A stretch of DNA of 64,000 nucleotides from Mobula hypostoma (Eukaryota), in the NCBI RefSeq assembly GCF_963921235.1, contig NC_086097.1, forward strand, positions 30,444,001 to 30,508,000. The letters run 5' to 3'. Positions within the stretch are counted from its first letter, which is position 1; each line of letters starts with the position of its first letter. Position numbers and translations under genes: made by a program. Shown piece after piece: positions 38,465-50,986 of the stretch. The notes under the pieces are model-generated. The model was not told the origin of the DNA and did no database searches. It was given only the letters and a program-made list of their open reading frames with translations.

Positions 38465-39090
38465 ATAAAGATTAAATCTTTATAATCAAACTCATCTGAG
38501 TGAAATGCTTTTGAATATTGGCAAAGTACTGATCGTGTGGACAGCCAGAGGCTTTTTCCCAGGGCTAGAATGGCTAACACAAGGGGGGATAGTTTTAAGG
38601 TGCTTGGAAATAGGTACTGAGGGGACGTCAGGGGTAAATTTTCCACACAGAGGGTTGGGTGTGTGGAATGTACTGCCAGTGGCAATGGTGGAAGCAGATA
38701 TAATAGGGTCACGGAGCTTAGAAAAATAGAGGGCTATGTGCTAGGGAAATTCTAGGTAGTTTCTAGAGTAGGTTACATGGTCGGCACAACATTGTGGACC
38801 GAAGGGCCTGTAATGTGCTGTAGATTTCAATGCTGTTTGTTCCATGTTCTAAAATGCTAAGAATTTCTCCCAATATTTTTAACCTACGTCTTCATTTGTA
38901 TCCTACTCACTTGTTAAAAATGGATGTTTATTTTTTACTATAATTTTTCCTTCAAAAGAAAAATGTGGCAAGAGTTAGATATTCCTCAGTGGGACCTTTG
39001 ATCTTTGGGTACCCACAAAGAGAACTTTCCATGTCAACGTGGATGCCACATCCATGTCATGGGAGTTGCCTTTGCTTTTCTAGTTTACCC
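38465..39090 (-). pseudogene. GID4: GID4 processed-pseudogene fragment, copy B, split by a CR1 3' fragment (~38530-38850)
   Basis: KSKGNSHDMDVA / HVDMESSLCGYPKIKGPTEEYLTLAT / FSFEGKIIVKNKHPFLTSE*DTNEDVG*KYWEKFLAF, then the insert, then CQYSKAFHSDEFDYKDL. Confidence 0.85.
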
Positions 39091-39918
39091 AAATCACATC
39101 ATGATCACATTATTTGTGCAAGATTGGCCAAGTGAAAAATGTTGAGCAGGACACTGGGGAAAGGTGCCTGTCTGTTCTTCAACCAACATCCGAGTGTGGT
39201 TGGGACCACAGCTTCGTGAGTCAGATAGCACATGTAATGGTGTGGCACTCTCTCATCAGTACACTGTAAGACTGAGTCATGTTCAGCTCTTTAGAGTGGA
39301 GCAGGAGGGTGAAAGCTGAACTGCAGAGATAAATTTTCTGGTCAAAATGGCGCGAGCTGTGATGTCCATTGAGGTCATGTGTCAGTCCTGACAATGAGGG
39401 CTTGTGACCATACCAACCCCACCCACCCTCCACCATTACCCTGCCACCAGTTCGGCAAGACCTGGGGTCAGAGGTCCATGTGGGCAGGTGGCACTAAGAG
39501 TTGGTGAGTCTCCAGGTCAGTGAAGTCAAGTCTAATGGAAGCCATCAAGTCCAGAGGTTGAAACCTGAAATTTGAAGACCAAAGTCAGCAAGTCTGGAGG
39601 TCAAAGCACATGGATTGGCATGTCCGGCAGAGAGGCCCGATGTCTGCAAGTCTGGGCCAGGGACGGAAGGCTGAAGGCCTTGAGGCAGCCTGTCCTGGGG
39701 TTAGAGGCCTGTACATGCATACGAGTGGATGGGAAAGGGTTTTTTTTTGTTGCTGCTGTGCTGTTTGTGTTGTTCCACTGAACACTGTGGGCATGCTATG
39801 TTGTCACCAGAATGCACAAGAACACTGGCACCTCCTTGGGTGTGTTGATTACAAACACAAATGGTGCATTTCACTGTATGTTTTGATGTACATAAATGAA
39901 TCTGAATCAAAAATCTAC

Positions 39919-40069
39919 CTTGGCAAGGAGCAGATCTGCAGTGATCCTTCAGAAGTGAGCAGTTCTTCCCTTCATAGTCCTCAGGACAGGCACAGTAGTA
40001 ATTATCCCCAAGGATGTAGCACTTGGCACCATTCTGGCATGGGCTGGGATCACAGAAGTTGATCCTCTT
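39919..40069 (-). CDS. JAG2: JAG2 exon 13 (151 bp), EGF9 and start of EGF10
   Basis: ttccag|AAGAG...CAAG|gtagat; [50 protein letters not shown]. Confidence 0.94.
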
Positions 40070-40974
40070 CTGGAAGAGAGGAAGCAAATGTCATTGAGCA
40101 GAACAAAGATGCTGCAGTAGAACACACAAACTTACCACCTTCCGCATCCTACAATGCAACTTCTGTAACCATCATCAGGAACACAGTAGATACTCCTCTC
40201 GATTCCAATTTCTACAAAGACAGACCTCAGTCCCATTCCAGATTTATTGTCCTTTTAGGCCCAGCGCTATTCTAGACCCCAGCATATTTAGTCAGAATTA
40301 GATTGCCATCATCACTGACCTCCACCTACAATATACAGGGATTGATCACTCATTGATTATTCATTTAAACCAGCAGCTCTTCAGCAAAGCTTAAAGAATT
40401 TGAAGCTGTCACCTTTGTTTCTCAAGGAAAGGTCTCTGTAAAGTCGATTGCAGCTGAAGACTAACTGGGGCAGTGACGTCACACAAAGGAAGATAAATCA
40501 AAAACTGTTTCTGATAAAAACAAGTTGGTGTTTCTATCTGAAAATACTCAAACTACTACCCTGTTTAATAGTCAACTCCAGAGACTATTACAGCCTTCAG
40601 TACAGTGCTAGTAGATAACAAAATTGGAAGTGTGTTGAACAGCTGAAGGAACAAGTGGAAGGAACTTAGTGCAGAAGGATGAGAAAAGCAAAGGAGAGAC
40701 AACAGGCTAACTGACACCACTCAGAAGAGTTGGCAGTAACAGAATGTATGGATACACCAATTCTGGAACACAGCAGGCTGTATTGAGCTAGCAATTATCA
40801 AAGTGAATGGAATGTTGGTATCCTTAACTAGAGATGAGGCATGTAAGCAGAGAGGTTTTATTGAACCTGAATGAAACACAGCCTAGGGCTATTACATCAG
40901 CATACTTTAGGAAGAATATGGATGTTTGAGAGAGGACTCTGAAGATTTAACCCAGAACATTATAGTACAGTACA

Positions 40975-42480
40975 ATGTTGCACTGACCTTTTAATCTACT
41001 CCAAATATAATCCTGCACAAGGACTCTCAAGTTCCTTTGCAATTCTAATTTTTGAATTTTCTGCCCATTTAAGTCTACTTTTTTGTTCTTTCTGCCAAAG
41101 TACATGACCATACACTTCCTGACACTATATTCCATTTGTCACTTCTTAGCTCATTCTTCTAATTGGTCCAAGTCCTTCTGCAGCCTTGCTGTTTTCCTCA
41201 ACACTCCAGTTATCTTTGTATCGTCTGCAAATTTAGCCAAAATGCCATCAATTCCATTGTCCAAATTATTGACATGTAACATAAAAAGCTGTCCCAACTC
41301 TGACACCTGTAGAACATCACCAGTTACCAACAGCCAACCGCAAAAGGCTCTCTTTATTCTCACTCTTTGCCTCCTGCCAATCAGCTAATCTTCTATTCAT
41401 ACCAGTACCTTCCCTGTAATACCATAGGCTCTTAACCTACTAAGCCCCCTCATGTGTGACACCTTGTAAAAGGCCTTCTGAAAATCTAAGTACACACCAT
41501 CCACCAATTCTCCTTCATCTATCCTGCTTATTATATCTTCAAAGAATTCCAACAGGTTTGTCAGGCAAGATTTTCCCTTGAAGAAACAATGATGTATTTG
41601 CCTACTTTACCATGCACCTCCAAGTAACTCGAAACTCAACCTTAATAATGGACTCAGACATCTTCCCAACCATTGAGGCCAGATTAACTGGCCTACAATT
41701 TCCTTTCTCTGCCTCACTTTTTTTTGATTTCTATTGAGAGGTGAGAGTCAATACTGGACCATTAAAAATGATGCTGGAGAGGTAGCAAGGTGGGAGGGGG
41801 GGAGAGAAGAGAAAGAAATGGTGGGCAAACAAATAGGATTTTGCACCAGTCTTCACTGTGGAAGACATTAGCAGTATGCCAGAAATTCGAGCATCAGGGG
41901 GCAGAGGTGAGTGCAGTTACTATTACTAAGGTGGTACTTGGGATGCTTAAAAGTTTGAAGTTAGATAAGTCACATGGAGCAGATAGACAACACCCCAGTA
42001 TTCTGAAAGAAGTGGCTGAAGAGATTGTGGAGGCATTAGTAATGATCTTGCAAGAATCACTAGATTCTGGAATTTCCAGAGAACTGGAAAATCTGGAAAA
42101 TTGCAAATGTCGCTGTACTTTTTAAGGGGGAGCGGGGAAGAGGAGGCAGAAGAAAGGAAATTATGGGCCATTTTACCTGATTTTAGTGATTGGCAAGGTG
42201 TTGGAGTCCATTATTAAGAACGAGATTTTGGGGTATTTGGAGGCACATGTCAAAATTGGCCAGAGAGTAGTGAATCTGTGGAATTCATTGCCACAGGTGC
42301 CTGTGGAAGCTAGGTCATTGCGTACATTTAAAGCAGAGGTTGATAGGTTCTTGTTTAGTCAGGGCGTTAACAGTTACAGGGAGAAAGGAGGAAAATGGGG
42401 TTGAGAGAAATAACAAATCGGCTATGAGCAGACTCGATAGGCCAAATAGCCTAATTCTGCTCCTATATCTTAAGGTCTTA
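40975..42480. mobile_element. Two degenerate CR1-like pieces in opposite orientation (40975-41715 minus; 41740-42480 plus)
   Basis: KFADDTK on the minus strand; HPSILKEVAEEIVEAL and RVVNLWNSLP on the plus strand. Confidence 0.8.
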
Positions 42481-43413
42481 GCTTTTATTTGATAGAGGTA
42501 CACAAAATTATGAGGGGTACAGTTAAGGTAAATGCAAGCAAGCTTTTTCCACAGAGGTTGGGTGAGACTAGAACTAGAGGTTATGGGCTAACAGTGAAAG
42601 ATGATCTTCGTCACTCAAATGGTGGTGAAAGTGTAGAACTGTCAGTGAAAGTGGTGGCTGCTGGGTTGACCACCACATTTAAGAGAAATTAGAAATAGTG
42701 GGGCAGAGCTACAATGGCATTCAACAGAGGGTAGTGAACCCGATGAGATTTCTGGACTAGGAGCTAGAACAGACTCAATGAACAATGGAAACAACAGCTT
42801 TGAAAGTTAAGGGATTTTGGATAAATTTTAAATATTATTTCACCATTTCTTTGAGAAAGTAAAAAATTAAAGATTAAAAATTAGCTTTATTTGTCACATG
42901 TGCATACAGTGAAATGCAATATGGCAACAACCAACACAGTCTAAGGACGTGCTGACTGCAAGTGCAGCCATGCTTCCTGTGTCAACATAGCATGCCCACA
43001 ACTTACTAACCCTAACCTGTACGTCTTTAGGATGTGGGAGGAAACTGGAGCCATCTATACATCCCTCAAAGTTGTGGTGCAAGTTGATAGGGTTCTCAAG
43101 AAGATGTCTGGTGTGTTAGCCTTCATCAGACAGGGGACAGAGTTCAAGAATCGCAAGGTAATATTGCAGCTCAAAACTGGCTAACATGGGAGTATTGTGT
43201 TCAGTTCCGGTTGCCTCATTATAGGAAGGATGTGGAAGCTTTAGAGAGGGTGCTAAGGAAATTTACCAGGATACTGCCTGGATTAGACAGCATGTCTTAT
43301 GAGGACAGGCTGAGCGAGTTAGGGCTTTTCTCTTTGCAGTGAAGGAAGATGAGAGGTGACTAGATAGAGGTGTACAAGATGCTAAGCAGCACAGATTGTG
43401 TGGACAACCAGAG

Positions 43414-45185
43414 GTGTTCGCCCCCACCACTTTATTTTCACCAGGGATGTCCAGTCCCTATATACTTCCATCCCCCATCAGGAAGGTCTCAAAGCTCTCT
43501 GCTTCTTTTTGGATTCCAGACCTAATCAGTTCCCCTCTACCACCACTCTGCTCCGTCCAGCGGAATTAGTCCTTACTCTTAATAATTTCTCCTTTGGCTC
43601 CTCTCACTTCCTCCAAACTAAAAGTGTAGCTATAGGCACCCGCATGGGTCTGAGTTATGCCTGCCTTTTTGTTGGCTTTGTGGAACAACCTATGTTCCGT
43701 ACCTATTCTGGTATCTGTCCCCCACTTTTCCTTCGCTACATCAACGACTATATTGGTGCTGCTTCCTGCACACATGCTGAGCTCGTTGACTTTATTAACT
43801 TTGCCTCCAACTTTCACCCTGTCCTCAAGTTTACCTGGTCCATTTCCGACACCTCCTTCCCCTTTCTAGATCTTTCTGTCTCTGTCTCTGGAGTCAGCTT
43901 ATCTACTGATGTCTACTATAAGCCTACTGACTCTCACAGCTATCTGGACTATTCCTCTTCTCACCCGGTCTCTTGCAAAAATGCCATCCCCTTCTTGCAA
44001 TTCCTCCGTCTCTGCCACATCCGCTCTCAGGATGAGGCTTTTCATTGCAGGACGAGGGAAATGTCCTCCTTTTTTAAAGGAAGGGGCTTCCCTTCCTCCA
44101 TCATCAACTCTGCTCTCAAACGCATCTCCCCCATTTCACGCACATCTGCTCTCACTCCATCCTCCCGCCACCCCACGAGGAAGAGGGTCCCCCTGGTCCT
44201 CACCCACCACCCCACCAGCCTCCGGGTCCAACATATTATTCTCCATAACTTCCGCCACCTCCAACGGGATCCCACCACTAAGCACATCTTTCCCTCCCCC
44301 CCCTCTCTGCTTTCCACAAGGATCGCTCCCTACACGACTCCCTTGTCCATTTGTCCCCCCATCCCTCCCCACTGATCTCCCTCCTGGCACTTACTCTTGT
44401 AAGCAGAACAAGTGCTACACATGCCCTTACACTTCCTCCCTTACCACCATTCAGGGCCCCAGTCCTTCCAGGTGAGGCGACACTTCACCTGTGAGTCGGC
44501 TGGGGTGATATACTGCGTCCGGTGCTCCCGATGTGGCCTTTTATATATTGGCGAGACCCGATGCAGACTGGGAGATCGTTTTGCTGAACACCTACGCTCT
44601 GTCCGCCAGAGAAAGCAGGATCTCCCAGTGGACACACATTTTAATTCCACATCCCATTCTGACATGTCTATCCACGGCCTCCTCTACTGTAAAGATGAAG
44701 CCACACTCAGGTTGGAGGAACAACACCTTATATTCCATCTGGGTAGCCTCCAACCTGATGGCATAACACTGACTTCTCTAACTTCCGCTAATGCCCCACC
44801 TCCCCCTCGCACCCCATCCGTTATTTATATACACACATTCTTTCTCTCACTCTGCTTTTTCTCCCTCTGTCCCTCTGACTATACCCCTTGCCCATCCTCT
44901 GGGCTTTTTCCTCCCCTCCCCCTTTTCCTTCTCCCTGGGCCTCCTGTCCCATGATCCTCTCATACCCCTTTTGCCAATCACCTGTCCAGCTTTTGGCTCC
45001 ATCCCTCCCCCTCCTGTCTTCTCCTATCATTTTGGATCCCACCCCTCCCTCTCCCACTTTTAAATCTCTTACTAGCTCTTTATTCAGTTAGTCCTAATGA
45101 AGGGTCTCGGCCTGAAATGTCGACTGTACCTCTTCCTAGAGATACTGCCTGGCCTGCTGCGTTCACCAGCAACTTTGATGGGTAT
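43414..45185 (+). mobile_element. Penelope-like retroelement, 5'-truncated: RT, GIY-YIG endonuclease, 3' repeat
   Basis: DVQSLYTSIP, GTRMG.SYA, LRYIND (decayed YIDD), FLDLSV; GVIYCVRCSRCGLLYIGET; frameshifts; decayed hammerhead motif at 45090-45125. Confidence 0.9.
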
Positions 45186-46154
45186 CTAATTTTAAGGTGA
45201 TTGGAGGAAAGTATGGCAGGATATCATAGTTAGGTTTTCTTTCCCCACACACAGCGTGATGGGTGTGTGGAATATTCTGCCAGAAGTATTTGTAGAGGAA
45301 GATGCACTAGGGATATTTAAGAGGCTCTTAGATAGGCACATGAATGACAAGAAAAATAATGGAGGGCTATGTGAGAGGGAAGGGTTAGATTGATTTAAGA
45401 GTAGATCAAAAGGTCAGCACAACATCATGGGCCAATGGGCCTGTACTATTCTATGTTCTATGAAAGAGAAGTCAATGTTTAAAATCCACAATCAAGAAAG
45501 ACATGCGTATTAAAGCAACTGAAGATAAATAAGAGCTGCCTCTCGGACTTCAGTATCATGCAGCTGCATTTGTTTCCTCTGCTGGCAGTTTCCCTTCCTC
45601 TAGTGAATGGCAGTTTGCATGCTGGCACATCAGGGCCAAGGAAATGTGATCCAGATTCCCTAGTTACTAGACAGAATGCGTTGCCAATTCTTGCCACCAC
45701 TCCAATAACACCCTAAGTTTTACCAGCAACTTCTAGTTTCACTGAATACCAGGAAGCTGGAAGTGTTCCTCTTACTAGTCAATAGTCTGATAACCTCCCT
45801 ATGATAATCACACAGGGGTCCTTGCAGCTTATAAGTTGGGCACAAGGGGTGGCATAGATAGCACAACACTATTACAGTATCAGCTGTAAGATCAACTCCC
45901 GCCCCTGTCTGTAAGGAGCTCATACATTCTCCCTGTGAACACTCAGGTTTCCTCTGGGTGATCTGGTTTCCCCCTACATACCAAAGATGTATGATTAGGT
46001 CAGTGAGTTGTGGGTATGCTATGATGGTGCTGGAAGCATGGTGACACTTGCCCGTTGTTCCCAAAACATCCTTTCTGATTTAAATTAACGCAAACAATGC
46101 ATTTCGCTGTATGTTTCAATGTACATGTGACAAAGTTTATCTAATCAGTGTATT

Positions 46155-46573
46155 GTCTTCTGTGGATTGTCACCTTGTCATGGTGGAGAAGCTTATGTGG
46201 TCCTGTGATCCCAATAGCAATGCTGTCTGGAGCTATGCTCCTGGTAGGGTCCCCCATGGCAGTAAGGTCGAGGGTGAGGTCCCTGACAAAGAACAATTCA
46301 ACCAAGACCTCAACAGTGGAACAGGCAGACGAAGTTACTTCGAACTCAACAGCTGTGAAAGCAGATGAAGGCTGCAACAAATCCATCAGCTCCAATCGTC
46401 ATGGTTTCCACGCCATTGGAATCGGTTGATTTGTGAAGTATCATGTGCTTCTTGAAGTGTAACATCAAGTACACATTAAACAAATACACGCACAGGCATC
46501 TTCACTCTGTGGGCCACTTCTTCAGAATGAAGACCATCATCCTCGACCTCGCGGGATAGCCACGATGACGACG
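46155..46573 (+). mobile_element. Complete 419-bp non-autonomous RTE-clade (Rex3/Expander-like) element
   Basis: Perfect 12-bp TSD aatcagtgtatt at 46143-46154 and 46574-46585; RTE-type 5' UTR caccttgtcatggtggag...gctatgctcctggtagggtc; short gac/gat tandem tail. Confidence 0.75.
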
Positions 46574-49500
46574 AATCAGTGTATTTACATACAAATGCAA
46601 TAGCTTTGGTATTAGGAAGGTGATCAAATGGAATAATGCATAAAACAAACAGCGACAGCTGTCAATAGACAAATATTCACACATCTGACCAGTAGCTTTT
46701 GAGAAATTCCGGCACAGAGTACACACTATGTTCTCTGTGCTACACTCCAAGGTTTCATCTCACCTCATCTGTGCAAGGCTACAGATTCAGATTTAGTTAC
46801 CATATGTACATTGAAACATAGTAAAATGTGTTGATTGGACATCACTTAGAACATAGAACCGTACAGCACAGGATCAGGCCCTTCAGCCCACAATGCTGTG
46901 TCAAATAAGTTAAATTAATAATTAAATACCCAACGAGACCAATTCCTTCTGTCCACACAAAGAAATATTGTTCTAATTCCTGCACATCCAAGAGCCTCCT
47001 GAAAGCATCTATTTACCTCCACCGCCACCCCGGGCAGCTCATTCCAGGCACCCGCAACTGTGTAAAAAAAAACTTGTCCCATACATCTCCTTAGAACCGA
47101 ACCCCTCTCACATTAAACTTATCCCCTTTGGTATTAAACTTATTGACCCTGGGGAAAAAGATAGCAACCATTTACTTTATCTATACGCCACATAATCTTA
47201 TGAACTTCTAACAGATTTCCCCTCAGCCTCCACCGCTTCAGGAAAATAACCCAAGTTTATCCAACCTCTTCTTATAGCACGTCCTCAAATCCAGAAGACA
47301 TCCTGCTGATGCCTAACTAAACTAATCCCTTCTTAGAACTTGTCTCTTACGAGAACTAAGAGCCTCTTAAATGTCTCTATCATATCGGTCTCCACCACCA
47401 CCTCTGGTAGTACATTCCAGGCATCCACCACTCTGCGTAAAAAAAAAACTGGCCCTATACATCTCCTTTGAAGTTACCCTTCTCACCTTAAATGCATGTC
47501 CTCCGGGACTAAACATTTCAACACTAACACTGGGTCAAAGACAATGGCTCTCTGCTCTATCTATGCCAAGTAACAAAATCTGGGTTTCTTGCCAGAGGAG
47601 TAATCATTCAACATTCTTTATAGTGACAATTTCCTCCATTCTATTGAACTAGTTATTCTTTCCAAGGATACAAACTTCACTGTACTACTCATCCCCTGAA
47701 ATGCATCCGAGAAACTGGATAACCAGTGCACTTATAGATGTACATTTGGGCTGGGAAAGGAAGTAACTTCAGTGCATAGAACAGTACAGGCCTTTTGGCC
47801 ACAATGTTGTACCAGTCTTTTAACATACTCCCAGGTCAATCTAACCTTTCCCTCCCACAGTCCTCCATTTTTCTTTCATCCATGTGGCTATCTAAAAACC
47901 TCAAATATCCCTTATGTACGTGCCACTACAACCACACATAGCAGTGCATTCCTCGCACCCACCAAATACCTACCTTTCTCAACCCCCTAAACTGTCCACC
48001 AATCATTTTACAATTATGCCCCCTCATAATAGCCAATTCTGCCCTGCAAAAAGAATCTCTGGCTGCCCATTCAATCGATGCCTCTTATCCTGTACACCGC
48101 TATCAAATCATCTCTCATCCTCCTTTGCTCTGATACTCAAATGAGAAAAGCCCTAGCTCACTAAACCTTTCCTCTCAAGTCCATACAGCATCTGGTAAAT
48201 CCCCTCTGCATTCTCTCTAAAGCTGCCACATCCTTCCTATATTGAGGCGACCAGAAACTGAACAACACTCCAAGTAACAAAACTAAGAGCAGGAATGCTG
48301 ATTGATTTAACCAGAGAACACGCCAAGACTAACTGATAGCACAACTTGCAGCCCTGTCTTCAGTAATTATCTCCTTGCCTCTGTCAGTATCTTCACCCTC
48401 TCTCCCTAACCTGACTCTACCTCCACTCTCCTTCCTCACCTGGATTCAGTTCTTGCTTACCAAGTTTTGCTCCACCTCTTCCCTTCACTGGCCACCTCCA
48501 AGGTCTCGATCTGAAGCACAAACCATTCCTTTGCCTTGACAGATGCTGCCCAATCTTCCAAGTGTCTCCAGCAGCTTTAGACGCCTGGTCGACCATTATA
48601 GTCACTGTGTGGTCCTTCAATGCACCATGTCCATTTCTGCCCTTCCATGCTAATTCCATCTGTACCCTTCCATGCCTAGCCCATTCAAGTGTCTAAGTGC
48701 CTCTTAAATGCAGTGATTATATCCAATTCCACTACTTCCTCCAGCAGCGCATTCTGAACGTTGTCCATTTGTGGATCCTTGGTGTTTAGCGCAATTATTC
48801 CCTATTAGCTTCAACAGTAAAAAGAAAGTATTTCACCCAAACTGGCCAGTTCCCCACATTTCCATTTCTGCCTGTCTTATAAAAGTTCCATCTTCCCCTT
48901 CACGTATATATTCTTTGACGTGTCCCACAACCTTACCATCGGCAACGTATTCTACAGGCATAGCAGTTGAATCCGATTGTAACTGCTACATTATGTCAAT
49001 TGATCTAACCCATCAGAAATATTACCCATCCCTACTCAGCTACCTTAAACTGTTTCCTCTCTTCTCCAGTTCTGATGAAGATTCAAGAGGCAGTGCCTCT
49101 AGGAGGCAATGTCCATCACTAAGGAACCTCACCATCTGGGACACATCCTCTTCTCATTACTACCACTGGGGAGGAGGGACAGGAGCCCAAAGACAAACAG
49201 CTTCTTCCCTTCAGTTACCAGATTTCTGAATGGTCCATGAACATTACCTATTACTCCTTTATTTTGCACTATTTTGTAATTTATAGTATTTTTTATATCT
49301 GCGCTGTACTGCTGCTGCAAAAGATAGTGATAATTAACATGATTCTGGGTCTTGGACCTGAAACATTAATTCTGTTTCTAGCTTCACAAACACTGCCTGG
49401 ACTGTCTCATTTTATTTCGGATTTCCAACAGCTGCAGTATTTTGATTTTCAGTTTCCTCCTGTAAGGGTATGACTGACCCAACAGCATCAAAAACCACTG

Positions 49501-49588
49501 ACTTACAAATACAGCTACAAGCACGGACAACGAACTGCTCAGATGCACATGTATAGCACTTCAGTTGAGTGCCACCAAGGTCTCTCAC

Positions 49589-49765
49589 CTCACAGAAGGT
49601 CCCCGAGTAACCACGCAGACAGTGACACCGGAAGCCACCGAGCAGATCCTGACATTGTCCTTCATTCAGGCATGGCTGACTAGCACATTCATTTATTTCA
49701 ACCTCACAGTTTCTGCCAACAATCCCACGTGGGCAGATGCACTGGTAACCACGCACACTGTTGGG
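49589..49765 (-). CDS. JAG2: JAG2 exon 12 (177 bp), EGF7 end and EGF8
   Basis: tttcag|CCCAAC...TGAG|gtgaga; [59 protein letters not shown]. Confidence 0.9.
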
Positions 49766-50939
49766 CTGAAATATTAAACAGGAAGAGATTACACCAACAT
49801 CAATAAAGGTCCTTTTACATACCACATCTTCTGCAGCCAATCTTCTTGGAACGTAAACTCCCCCAAACTCCCATTTCTTCAAAGATCCTTTTACCCCTTG
49901 ATCCAGATTTCAAGATTAAGATTATTGTCATACACACCAGGGTGCAATGAAATTCCTTCTTTATGTGAACCTCACAGGAATAATCAGTATATAATAATAG
50001 TAAACAAAGCAATAAATACAGCAACAAGCGCAGAACAAAGGAAATAGCAGAACATAAGTAGTTGCAGAGTAGTGAACTCTGTCCAATACATCAAGGGCAC
50101 ATCCCTCCCTACCATCTGTAGTATCTACATGAGACACTGCCTCAAGAGAAGGTGACATCCAAAGATCCCCACCATCCAAGCCATGTAATTATTTTGCAGC
50201 TACCACTGGGCAAGTAGTACAGAAGCCAGAATTCCCTCATTAGCAGCTACTTCCCTTCAACCATTCACTTTGTAAACTCCAACCACCACTACAGTTTAAC
50301 AAAACTATGACCACTGATTACTTTGCACTAAAAATGAACTCTTTAAAATTCTAATTGTTTTTGTAAAACTTGTATATAATTTAGCATTTGTTTATTTTTG
50401 TTACATGTACCAAATAACAGTGAAAAGCTTATCTTGCAAACTGTTCATACAGATAAAATCATTACATAGTGCATTGATGTAGAACAAGATAAAACAATAA
50501 AAATTGCAGAATGAAGTGTAATGGCTACTGAAAGAGTGCAGTGCAGTTAAATCATAAAGTACACGATCGTAACAGGTAGATTACGAAGTTAATCTATATT
50601 TAATTTAATTTGTTAATGTTGCTTTTTTATTTTTTATTTGCACAATTTGTCCTTGTTACACATTTGTTACTTGTCAGTCCATGTTTATGCATAATTTTTC
50701 ATTATCTCTATTGCATTCCATTATTTTCCTGTAAATTTGCAAGAAAATGTGTCTCAAGTATATGGTAATACGCATGTACTTTGATAATAAATTTTACTTT
50801 GAACAATATGATGTCATGCCCCTCTGATTCTGTTGAAATAAGATTTTCATTGCACCTGTGCATATGAGAATAAACTTATCTTTGACTTTGTACCCTGTGT
50901 ATTCTATGTAGCTCTGTTAAAGACAATTCAGTTCCGTAC

Positions 50940-50986
50940 CTTGCAGGTGGCTCCATTCTGGCACTGTCCATAGCAGTTATCAATAT
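50940..50986 (-). CDS. JAG2: JAG2 exon 11 (47 bp), start of EGF7
   Basis: ttttag|ATATT...CAAG|gtacgg; (H)IDNCYGQCQNGATCK. Confidence 0.92.

Noticed and set aside
38323..38712. 129-aa minus-strand ORF as a novel gene
   Set aside because: It is a chimera of antisense CR1, a GID4 remnant and unassigned sequence.
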